From Azolla caroliniana (Eukaryota; Plantae; Polypodiophyta), in the NCBI GenBank assembly GCA_043228905.1, contig JBHGNT010000002.1, positions 3,348,001-3,412,000 of the forward strand: a stretch of 64,000 nucleotides of DNA. The letters run 5' to 3'. The translations under genes and the position numbers were made by a program. Of the stretch, positions 11,501 to 22,242 are shown piece by piece; the first letter of the stretch is position 1, and each line of letters opens with the position of its first letter. Under the pieces are notes generated by a model. The model was not told where the DNA came from. It searched no databases and saw only the letters and a list, made by a program, of their open reading frames with translations.

Positions 11501-14156
11501 TCTGCTCGTCCGAATAACCGACCAAGATGCATTTCTCGGACTTTGCGTCCAGCTTCCTCCGTTTCTCCTTCGGCACATGCACATAAGCAATGCTACCGAA
11601 AACTCATAAGTGTCGCAAATTCGGCTTCGTGCCGAAATATAGCTCGTGCGCCGACACTCTTTTTCCGATCCGATTCTGGATGTATACCACGGTTCGTACC
11701 GCCTCGGCCCAGTAGAACATCAGCAAGCTCTTTTCTTCTAGCATTGCCCGCGTCGCTTCCACAATCGACCGTTGTTTCCTCTCGGCCACGCTGTTTTGCT
11801 CCGGCGTGTATCTACAACTGAATTCGCGCCGAATTCCCATTTGTTGCAAATAGTCGTTGAATTGACCGGAAAAGTACTCTTTTCCACCATCCGACCGCAG
11901 GCACTTGATCTTTCATCCTGTTTCCATTTCCACGAACCCTTTGAGGTCCCGAAAACAGTCGAAGACTTCACTCTTCTTCTCGATGAGGTAGATCCACATG
12001 TGCCGCGTATAGTCGTCGATGAAGGAGATGAAATATCGGCTCCCGCCAAGACTAACGTTTTGTGCCACCCCCCACACATTGGAGTGTATCAAGTCGAGCT
12101 GGTTCCGGCTCCGGTTACGCTCGTTGGGGAAGGGAAGTCGGTGTTGTTTCCCGAGCTGGCAGGCTTCACAAATTTGTGCCTTCCAACCACTAAATTTGGG
12201 CAATCCGAACACCACATGTTTCGATTGCAGGTCTTGAAGCCGCTAGTAGTTGACGTGGCCTATCTGCTTGTGCCATAAGTCGATATCCGATTCAACTTTT
12301 TGTCCTTTCGCGATCATTGCAGTGCCACGGTCACTAGACTCGAGGATAAACATCCTCCCATCTCTGCACCCTTGCGCAATAACTTGGCCTTCTTCCTTGA
12401 TGAAGCACCCGAGAAGCGTAAACCGAACATGCATCCCCTGGTCGACAATCTACCCGACCGACACCAGGTTCTTTGTGATTGTCCGGACGTGTAACACGTT
12501 CATGAGTTTCCCTTTTTGCCCGACATGGCTCAGGGGAACTTCACCAACATTCGCAATCGGATGCGGAGTGTCGTCTCCGGTTGCGACTACTCCCGGTTGC
12601 GTCGGTTTCTCAAGGTATGAGAATCACTCCTTGTGGCACGTCATGTGGTTTGATGCGCCGGAATCGACATAGCACACCTCATCCGACTCCGGGGTGATCT
12701 TCTTCATTGAGTTTGCTTCGTGTCGCGTCACGAGACAAACCCTTTTCCGGCTTTTCCGGATCCTATGGCGTAGTGCGATTGCTACCAGTTTCCTTTGTCG
12801 GTCTGTCCGGAACTTGTTCCGGACCCGGTTCTCTCTGAATCGGCGCGCTTTTTCCAGCACTCGCTCTCCCTGTGGCTTTTCTTGCCACAGTACCAGCATT
12901 CCGCGGCGGATTTCCCTTGCCGGTTCTCATCACCTCGACTCCCCCTATTTCCGGAGGGTCCGGAATTGTTGTCGGCATCACTTCGGTGCCTTCTTCCTTG
13001 ATCCCGTCAGCCGCCTCCATTGTGTACCAACTCGCCTCGTCTGTCACGACCACGGGTCCTATCTCCCTCCGTGTACAACATCTTATTATCGGTTTGCGTG
13101 CTCGTTGACGCACCCACGTGGTTCGCCTCTACCAGGAGCATCGACTGTAAATCGAAAAAGGACGAAGTATTCTCCCGGGTGCACACAACAATTCGGAACA
13201 CCCCGAACTTCGATGCCAAACCCCCAAGACAGACCTGGACCATCTTGCTAACCTCGATGTTCACATCGATGGAAGCTAAGGAGTCGCATATGTCTTTGAT
13301 CTTCGAGGTATAGTCAACCACCGACAAATCGCGTTGTCCTAGGTTGCTCAACTCCTGTCGGAGCTGAAGCTTCTTGGTTGTGGTGCTCGCGGCGTTTTTG
13401 CATCCCGAACATAACTTAATAGTTGTTCGCCCACACAAGACGCAAAGCAGTACAATAGACTGCTCGCCGACTGTTCCCACGCTGGGAAATCTTTGTGTGT
13501 CGATTCGGGTGACGTGTCATTTGCTCCATCGACATAGCTCCAGTAACTGTGTCCGAGCAGGTACTGGTGCATCTTGTAGGACCAAGATGCGTAGTTGTTT
13601 CTGTCGAGCTTCTCTGTTGGAAGCGAGCTAGCCATTCCTCTATCAATCGGTTTTGCCTGTTCTTCTTGGTTAGTTTTTCTTTCAAGCTATGTCGGTTGCA
13701 AGGGTTCTCAACCCTCGCGCTCTAATACCATGTGAAAGATTATGTGCGGAAGCAATAGAAAAACGAACACAGAGAAAATACGTAGGTTTAATGGAGAGCT
13801 TGAGTATACACAATACGCGGGAGAGACAGAGAGAGAGAGCACACATAAAACTCAATTCAAAATAATACTCAATCTGTACATACATCGTGCTTAGTGAGCA
13901 CCTTTTATACAAGCCCTGACAATGGGCTGACACATGTACTGACAGTACTTGACTGCTCATAAATGAGCCTTGACTCTTACTCCCAAAACTATTCCTTACG
14001 AGGAATATCTCTCTAACGACCTTTCGGTTTACGCACCGATACGGCCTCTTGTTACGCACCGGTTTGCGTATCCGTTTTACGCACCAGTCCGGCCTAACCG
14101 ATTCAGTCCTCAACTTGCTTAGCCGATCCGGCCGATGTTGAGCTTGTCTCTCAACA
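8453..14156 (-). mobile_element. Bryco-like Copia element (degenerate) nested in the Tork RT
   Basis: LTRs 8453-8895 and 13731-14156. TSD GGAAT at 8448-8452 and 14157-14161. PBS at 13719-13730, PPT at 8896-8905. Confidence 0.95.
8890..13635 (-). pseudogene. gag-pol: Fragmented gag-pol with a C-terminal extension
   Basis: Fragments MASSLPTEKLD, YVDSGAS, LWHKQIGH, CEACQLGKQ and LYVDDL, separated by many stops and frameshifts. Confidence 0.92.
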
Positions 14157-14161
14157 GGAAT

Positions 14162-16921
14162 GTCGTCTTGACATCCAGTTGCTCTACCTCGAGGTCCATG
14201 CTTGCCACTATGCCCAAAACCATCCGGATGGATGTCATCTTTACTACCAGGGCAAAGATCTCATCGAAGTCCACTCCTTTCTTCTACTGGAAGCCCCTCA
14301 CCACGATTCGGGCCTTATATCTAGGTGGATTTCTGGCATCTCCCGATTTCAGCTTGTACACCCACTTGTTCTGGAGTGCCCTCTTTCCTTTCGGCAACTC
14401 CACCAATTCGTATGTGTGGTTCTCATGCAGGGAATCCATCTCATCCTGCATAGCATTCAACCACTTGCGGTTGTGGATGTCTCCCCTTGCTTCTTCAAAG
14501 CTTTCCGGCTCCCCCTCATCGGTTAGCAACACATGCTCTACATCCGGAAATCTCGGGGGTGTTCTTCTCTCTCGAAGGGGATATCTCCGTCCCTGGTTTT
14601 TGACTGCCGGTTCCTCCGTTTGTTCCGAATCTGAATCCGATTCGGGATCTTGTCCGGTTCCTGTGTCTTCTTCTTCTTCTTCTTCTTCAGTCGGTTCGGT
14701 TTCCTGTCCGTATCTGGCCGGTTCATCGAGTGTCATCCGGTTACCGGTTAACATCCGGTTTTCAACTGGGTATATCTTTTTTTCAATGGATGATCCGGAG
14801 TTCGTTACCTTCTTCTCCAACTCCAGAACACCTTTCTATCGACCAGATCCCACACTCGGTAACCAAACTCCTCATCATTGTATCGAAGGAATATGCATGG
14901 TCGGGACTTTGGATCCAGTTTTTCTCTCTTGTCCTTCGCCACATGCATGTATGCAAGACACCCGAACACCTTCAGATGCCGATAAGACACATCCTTACCG
15001 GTCCATACTTTCTACGGTGAGTCTCCGTCCAAGGGTACTGAGGGTGATCTGTTTATCACATAGGTCTTCGTCGTCAGCGCCTCAGCCCAAAACGTCTTGG
15101 GTAACTTGGCATGTGCGAGCATGCTCCAGACTCTCTCCATTATGGTCTGGTTCATCCTTTCGGCCAGCCCGTTTAGTTCTGGCATCTTCGGCACAGTGAA
15201 TTCGAGCCAGATTCTCTTCGACCGACAGTACTCCTCGAATTGTCCCTGGTATTCTCCTCCATTATCAACTCGAACCGCCTTCCGCTTCCGTCCGGTTTCT
15301 CTTTCCAATCTTGCGTGGAGCTCCTTGAAGATGGATAGCACCTTATCCTTCGTCTTCAACAGCGAGACCCACAGCTTCCGGTTGTGGTCATCTATGAACG
15401 TCACGAAGTATTGCGATCCAGCATGTGACTTCGGGTCTACTTGATACACATCAGTATGCACCAGCTCCAGTGGTACATTCCGTCTCATCAATGCTCTTGA
15501 CCGGAAGGAGGTGCGGTTTTGCTTACCGGCCAGGCAATCGGTGCACTTCTCAAGTTGCACGTCCTTCACCGGAATGAGGTTGTCTTCGGCAAGCCTCTTC
15601 ATCCCCTTCTCACTCATGTGATACAGTCTTCTGTGCCACAGCTCACCGGTAGTGTCAGATGCTACGTTCACTTCTTCCCGGCATATCCAGGCATGCATCA
15701 AGTACAGTGTGTTGACCTTCCGGGCTCGAGCCACTATTAAGATCCCTTTGCAGAACTTCATGACACCGTTCCGGATGTTACCTGTGTAGCCTTCATCATC
15801 TAGCCGACCGCCTGATATCAGATTCAGTCGAACCTCCGAAACGTGTCGGACATCCTTCAGCAACAACTTGCATCTGGTTGATGTCGTCAACAACACATTT
15901 CCTATGCCGATAATCCGGCATGTTCCTTCATTCCCCATCCGCACACAGTCGTGCTCACCGGCTGTGTAGGATGAGAAGCATTTCCGGTCCGGGGTAAGGT
16001 GGAACGACGCTCCGGAATCGACAACCCATGTTGTCTCGTCGACGGCAAGGTACAACTCACTCTCCTCGGTGATGAGCATTAGTTCTTCTTCACTTGCCGC
16101 GATTGCCGTCGTTCCCTTCTGGTCCGGGCCTCGCCAATCCGAACCGTTTCGGTATTGTCGGTTCCCTTGTCTTTCCGGAAATGCCGACAGTTCTTCTAGA
16201 AGTGCCTAGCTTGCCGCAATAGAAGCAAGTGGGTCGCCCCCTTGACTTTGACCATGTCCCCGACTTTTCCCCGTTTTGGGGACTCCGATTCCTTTGTCTT
16301 CCGCGTTCCGATTCGGTAAGGAGGGCTTTGGCATCGGAGATCACCTCCTTCTCTTTCCAACGTGCCTCCTCATCTAGCAAGCTCGACTTGACTCTTGCTA
16401 GGGATAGATGTTTTTCCTTCCGGTCTGGCATTGCCCAACGTGACAACTAACGTCTCCCAGCTATCCGGGAGGGAATCAAGCAGGAGTAGAGCAAGTACCT
16501 CATCGGCGAGAGGTACTTCCAACGAGGTTGCTTGGTGTATCAGCCCTTGGAAGGCATTCATGTGCTACGCCATACTGGAGCCATCTTGGTACCAGAGTTT
16601 TACTAGCTTCCGGAATACTGAAACCCGATTAACAGCATTTTTGTTCTAAAACATAATGTCGATCTTCTCCCAAAGCTCATGAGCCTTGCTCTCTTCATTG
16701 AAGTTGTTGTATAGGCTCATGTCGATGAAGCACCGAATGTATGCCGTCATCTTCATGTGCATCACCTCCCACACCGTGGCGTCGATCTTATCCGGTCTCT
16801 TGTCCCCGAACTGAACCAGCAACCAAAGATCTTTAACCACTAGCATGTCCCTCATCTTCGACTTCCACACTGAGTAGTTGGAGCCGGTGAGCTTGAACAT
16901 GCCGCCGTAAGATTCTTCCAT
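14162..16921 (-). pseudogene. gag-pol: gag, protease, integrase and RT start of the decayed Tork element
   Basis: MEESYGGMFKLTGSNYSVWK, CFYCGK, WVVDSGAS, VDNGGEY and NGLAER, with stops and frameshifts. Confidence 0.92.
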
Positions 16922-17743
16922 TTTCTATGTTGTTCGCTCTAATACCAATTTGAAGAGAAATGCGTGGAATATCGCTCGGCCACAACCGAGTAGTAAAACA
17001 CTTGTATAAGAATCAAACACATAAAAAAAGGGAGTGGAGAGTACACAAAAAAAAAGGACACAAGATGTTTACGTGGAAAACCCTAATAGGGAAAAACCAC
17101 GGGAGCCCACAGACTCCGAACTATCACTATGAAGAGAAAGGGGGTACAATCAGGGACTCGGAGGCAACAACCTCGAGCTCTATTTCTTCGCACAATGGCG
17201 GTTACAAATATAGCCTCAACGGGCTTATTCAAGACATATTTACAAATCTGTCTTTTCTTCCGGTTCTCATCGGGTCCACCGATCCGGTTTCCGGATCTCT
17301 TTCGGTTCTCTTTATTTATCACCGGATCCCATCCGGATAGACTGATTTTCCCAACACATAGAATCATATTCTATGACACATAACTAATGAGTTTCATATT
17401 CCCCATGACTAATGAGTCTCCACATTCACCAAGAGCTAGTGGTTATTGTAGTAAGTTACAGTAAGGTCACCCTCCTCCTACATCATACAGTGTCGGTTGT
17501 CCTCCCTTGTAATGTTACATTGTGTAATTGATATTCTCCTTATTAATATACAATCTTTTTCTTGAATACTTCATTTTTTCTCTCTTATCTATCTTGTGTT
17601 TTCTCTTCTCTCCTCTCTTTCCTCTCACGCATGCGCATAACACACATCACTCCACTGCACAGAATCATACCCGATTCTTTACCATCTCAGTCGGACAACT
17701 TGATGAAGACAGTATTCGTGCCGGCCTCTCTTCAGGAGGGTGA

Positions 17744-18010
17744 TGTCATGATATGGCAAGACTCGAACCCATGACCTTATGTTATATGGGTCGAGCTCTT
17801 GACCATTATACTATCTATTGTAATACGTAGGATATTATTTTCATTTAAGTTTTATTATAGGAAATTAATGTATATTCCAGATTTCTATGGAACATTCTAG
17901 AAGCTTCAAGAATCCTCCCGAGAACACTATAAAAGGAGGCACATGGCATTATGTTGAACCAAATTGGTTCAAACTGTCAGGAATAGTACTAAAACAGAGA
18001 GAGAATTAGT
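17744..18010 (+). mobile_element. Rearranged chromovirus LTR fragment: U3 on + (17744-17972) fused to an inverted U5 end (17975-18010)
   Basis: Matches the 49883 LTR from TGTCATGATATGGC to TTGGTTCAA, then switches to the reverse complement of that LTR's end (TGTCAGGAATAGTACTAAA). PPT-like GGAGGGTGA lies upstream. Confidence 0.85.
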
Positions 18011-18298
18011 CAGGATCTTTCAGGAATGGCTTGCCATGGTGGAGAACTAATCCGGCTGCAAGCTAAAATGCCTACAATCTCATAATGGAGGAGAGTATAA
18101 GTCAGAGGAATTCGTCAAGATCGAATACCGACTTTGGGACCCCGAGAACTGACAAATCATCCGAAGTTCGTACATTGTGTTCAATGAGTCGATTATGCAT
18201 AAGACAACCGAAAGGCCAATTGAAGTCCAAAGGGTAACTTTCTTGGAAGTGTTGGCCCTTCATGATGCCCCAACCCATAACACGAGGTGGCTTCACGG

Positions 18299-19285
18299 TG
18301 TCGTGAAGATTTCCGGCTTTGGTGTGAAACCGGGATGGAATGGGCAAGTCGGCAATGTGCAACATGTGCACATGTATAGTAGGAAAATGGTGTATAGAAT
18401 AAGGGGGAGAATTTATCCCACATTGTAATGTTCGTCCCTCCTTGGGCTATAAAAGGAAGTGAAGGGTCTCTTTTGAAGGGGTGGCCTATATTTTGAGTGA
18501 GAGAGGTATATCACTTAGGTCGAGGGTCTCTATTTCGATTTTAGGGTTTCGTCTAGGGTTTTACTATTCTTCTTCATCATCATCTTCTTTGCTTTACTTA
18601 TCCGGTTAGGGTTCCATATAGTGTTTTCGTTCAGCCTATGCGGCCATGGTTGTAAAGCGTTTGGTGTTTCTTAATATAACTCGTTTTTGTATCTTGCCTT
18701 CGGAGATCCATTCTATGTTTATGTCCTATTCTTTCTCCTCCCCTCTCAAGCTAAGCTTCCATTCCCCCTCTACTCCCTAGTCTAAGACCCCTGCAGCCCC
18801 GCCTAAGATCTTACACATACTTGTGGAATACCGCGACATCTTTGGTGAACCCGACGTGAAGAGGCAGCAAGGGAGGACGGAGATAGAAGATGAAGACTTC
18901 AACTTCGCGGAGATGATGGCAAAGATTATGATGGAGGCCAGACGGAAGAAGGCGAGGCGAGATGCGGCTCAACAAGCCATCAAGACGGTGGTCGATCGAG
19001 TCGGCCGGTTCAACGAGGACGATGTTCGGAGATTCTTAGAAGCGTACAATGTTCGAGAAGCTCACAATTCGTGGGAGTCCTTTGAGGGAGCTCTATTGGA
19101 GGCGTACGGGTACGCGAAACCGGAGTGGGTATGCCGGCAACACGATGAGAAGCAGTCGGCCCCAACACCGCTCGGAAGCGGCGGAGAAGAGAGGGTGGTG
19201 AGTGACTACGCACTACCACTAGAGGAGAGCTCAACGCGTGATGGATCGGAGGAGTACGACCTAGAGGCGTTGGTATGGGAGGCGT
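18299..19285 (+). mobile_element. tRNA-Trp Gypsy-type element, 5' part: LTR 18299-18838, PBS 18843-18860, deleted gag
   Basis: TGTCGTG...CGCGACA termini. PBS TGGTGAACCCGACGTGAA is the complement of the plant tRNA-Trp 3' end. The ORF contains VVDRVGRFNEDDV and SWESFE, homologous to the 32204-32719 gag. Confidence 0.85.
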
Positions 19286-20326
19286 TGTCGCGTTGTTACG
19301 CGCGTGCGTGTAGAAGGGGCGGGACCATGGGGGTCTCGGACTAGGGAGTAGAGGAGAAAGAATAAGATATGTTTTGGAAGCGTAGCTCAAGAGGAGAAGA
19401 AGAAAGAATAAGATCATGACATAGAAGGAGAGATCGGCCAAGACAAGATACTCAACAAGATATATTAAAACAACGAATGGTTACAACAATGGTGGCCGCA
19501 TGGGCCACACCAAACCACTATGAGAAAACCCTAACCGAAGATGAATAAGGAAAACCCTAAACGAAACCCTAACCCTAAAACTGTAAGAACTCTAGACTAA
19601 GTGGTATACCTCTCATATGTAAAATAGGCAACCCCTTCATAAGTGACCCCTCCCTTCCTTTTATAGCCCAAGGAGGGAGGGACCTTACAATGTGGGATAA
19701 ATTTTCCCATCTTATTTCTATACACCATTCCCTAGTATATGTGTGCACATGTTGCACACCACCGACTTTCCCTTTCCACCCCGGTTTCCGCCTATGGACG
19801 AAAATCTTCACGACATCCGCCCCCACCAAACCGCACATCCACCGGTATGTGCCAAGAAGGGGAAAGAGGTGAGATTTTCGGCCATGACGGTCAACCAAGT
19901 CCTTAGCGTCTTTGTCAGCTTTGCCCGACTTCGTCTCCCACTGTGAGCAAGCCCATCCGTCCCACATGGACCACCGTAACCTCCCGGTCCGCCATATCCG
20001 TCATATGCTCTCGAACAATCGGCTCCATCCGATCCACCATACTCGACGGAGTTCGCCGAACCACTGTCTCCGCCCGATCCGCCAGACCCGATCTTCGCAC
20101 ACCTCTCTTCGGCTTCCTTCGTTTTCCACCTGCGACCTTGGGCCGAATCATCGTTCTTCCCGACTGTTTGTCGGACATTGCACCGTGTGCTCCTCGTCCA
20201 CGCTTGTCCCGCATCGGCCGCTTCCTCGACTCGGCACTATCGCGCGCCGAACTTCGTCATCGATCATCCTCATGCTCGTCGCTCGGCCCTTACGCGGCCA
20301 CATCGCACGTCCCGCACTCCGCTTCG
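19286..20326 (-). mobile_element. tRNA-Trp Gypsy-type 3' LTR (19286-19815), PPT and 3' internal region, truncated by a deletion
   Basis: TGTCGCGTTG...TTCACGACA termini. PPT reverse complement TCCGCCCCCA. The following sequence resembles 28369-28410. Confidence 0.8.
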
Positions 20327-21243
20327 CTCCGCTACCGTTGCGCGCCAATCCGCCTCGTTCACCATGACCACGGGGCCTATCATCCTCCGTGTAAAGCATC
20401 TTGCCATCGGCGTGCGCACTCATCGACGCACCCGCGTGGTTTTCTTCTACGAGCAACATCGACTAAAGCTTGAAAAATGAAGCCGTAATCTCCCTGGTGC
20501 AGAATGTCGTTCGGAAAGGTCCGAACTTTGACACCAAGACACCAAGTCAAACCTACACCATTTCATCTTCCTCGACGTTCACGTTGACGGAGGCGAGAGA
20601 GTCGTAGATTTCTTTGATCTTGGTGGTGTAATCAACCACCGACATATCTCTTTGTCATACATTGTTGAGCTCCTGTTTGAGCTGCAGCTTTCTAGCCATT
20701 GTGCTTGCGGCGAAAATCCTTTTGAGATTCGTCCACGCGTCCTTCGGCGTCTTGGCATTTTGAATATAGCTCAAAAGTTGATCGCTCACACAGGACGCGA
20801 AGCAGTACAACACTTTGCTTGCCGCTTGTTCCCAAGCCGGATAGTCCCTGTGTGTCGAGTTGGGTGCCACATCGTTTGCTCCTTCAACATAACTCCAGTA
20901 GCCATGGCCGAGCAAGTACTCGTGCATCTTGTAAGACCAAGATGCGTAGTTGCTTCAATCAAGCTTTTCAGTCGGAAGTGAGCTTCCCATTCCTCTGTCC
21001 ATATTGTCGTCTTTTTCATTTTCGAACAACTTCAACTCTGTTTTGTCGCAAGCTTTTCGTGTCGGCTGTAGAGGACTTCAACCCTCGCGCTCTGATACGA
21101 TGTAAATGAATACGTTGTGCAGAAGCGTTGTCGCGTTGTTACGCGCGTGCGCGGAGAAGGGTGGGACCACAGGGGTCTCGGACTAGGGAGAAAAGGGGGG
21201 CGCCGAGAAACCGACTCCGGACGCGCTCTAGAGGCAACCGAAC

Positions 21244-21295
<52 letters not shown>

Positions 21296-21297
<2 letters not shown>

Positions 21298-22085
21298 TTG
21301 GGAGACAGGTCCCTCCTGATGGGAAGGGAGAAGAACAGTGCCGATGAACAGACTCGGCCGAGGCAGATGCAGACCCGGCTATGAACCGGATGAGGTGGAC
21401 CCGGCTACGGAGAGCCGGATGATGCAGACCCGGTATGAACTGGATGGTGCAGGCCCGGTACGAACCGGATGAGGAGTACCCGGCTACGGAGAGCCGGATG
21501 ATGCAGACCCGGTATGAAACGGATGAGGAGTACCCGGCTACGGAGAGCCGGATGATGCAGACCCGGTATGAACCGGATGAGGAGTACCCGGCTACGGAGA
21601 GCCGGATGGTGCAGACCCGGTATGAACCGGAGGAAGAGACATATTCGTAAATATGTTTCTGAGAGCCCATCGTGGCTACATTTGTAAATAGCCGAAAAGT
21701 CATATTAGTATAAATATGACTTAGGGCAAACTAATATTAGGTGGTTAATTTTCTTGTTGGTGCAAGAAGAAGAGAGAGTGCGCAACTGTACAGAGAGAGA
21801 GAGAGAGACGAGGTCGTTGCCTCTGTTGTAACCGCCACCTGTGGCGAAGATCGTGAGCACGAGGTCGTTGCCTCCGTGAACTCACTGTTTTGTACATTCT
21901 TACATAGTGACAGTTTGCAGCCCATGGGCTGCTGTGGTTTTTTCCCCTAGTTTGGGGTTTTCCACGTAAACCTCCTGTGTATTTGTCTTCCTCTTTGTGT
22001 CGTGTTCTATTTCCCGTTTTCTGTGTATGAAAAGAATCTCGGTTGTGGCCGAGCGTTGCGCATAAGGAACGTTGGGTTCCCATCA
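21296..22085 (+). mobile_element. Solo LTR of a Tork-like Copia inserted in an (AG)n tract
   Basis: TGTTGGGA...CCCATCA termini, similar to the 268-951 LTR. TSD AGAGA. Contains a 54-bp tandem array at ~21400-21630. Confidence 0.88.
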
Positions 22086-22242
22086 AGAGAGACAAAGGAG
22101 AGGGAGAGTGTGCGTGCGACACCAACTCTTATGCACCGGAAGCAAGGGGTTGTGCTTCCGACACCACCAAATACACTGATATGCACAGACAGACGCAAAT
22201 ATGTATATTACAAGGGAAAGAATACATCCCCGGCTTAGAGCC

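Larger units (their letters stand above)
6140..17356 (-). mobile_element. Decayed Tork-like Copia element carrying two nested insertions
   Basis: 3' LTR 6140-6680 and 5' LTR 16951-17356. TSD CATAG at 6135-6139 and 17357-17361. PBS reverse complement GCTCTAATACCA at ~16936-16947. PPT reverse complement at ~6684-6694. Confidence 0.95.

Noticed and set aside
17380-17420. CTAATGAG repeats resembling a hammerhead core
   Set aside because: There is no CUGANGA with matching GAAA and flanking helices.
21400-21630. CRISPR-like appearance of regular repeats (also 63274-63675)
   Set aside because: The units are contiguous with no unique spacers, the context is eukaryotic and there are no cas genes.
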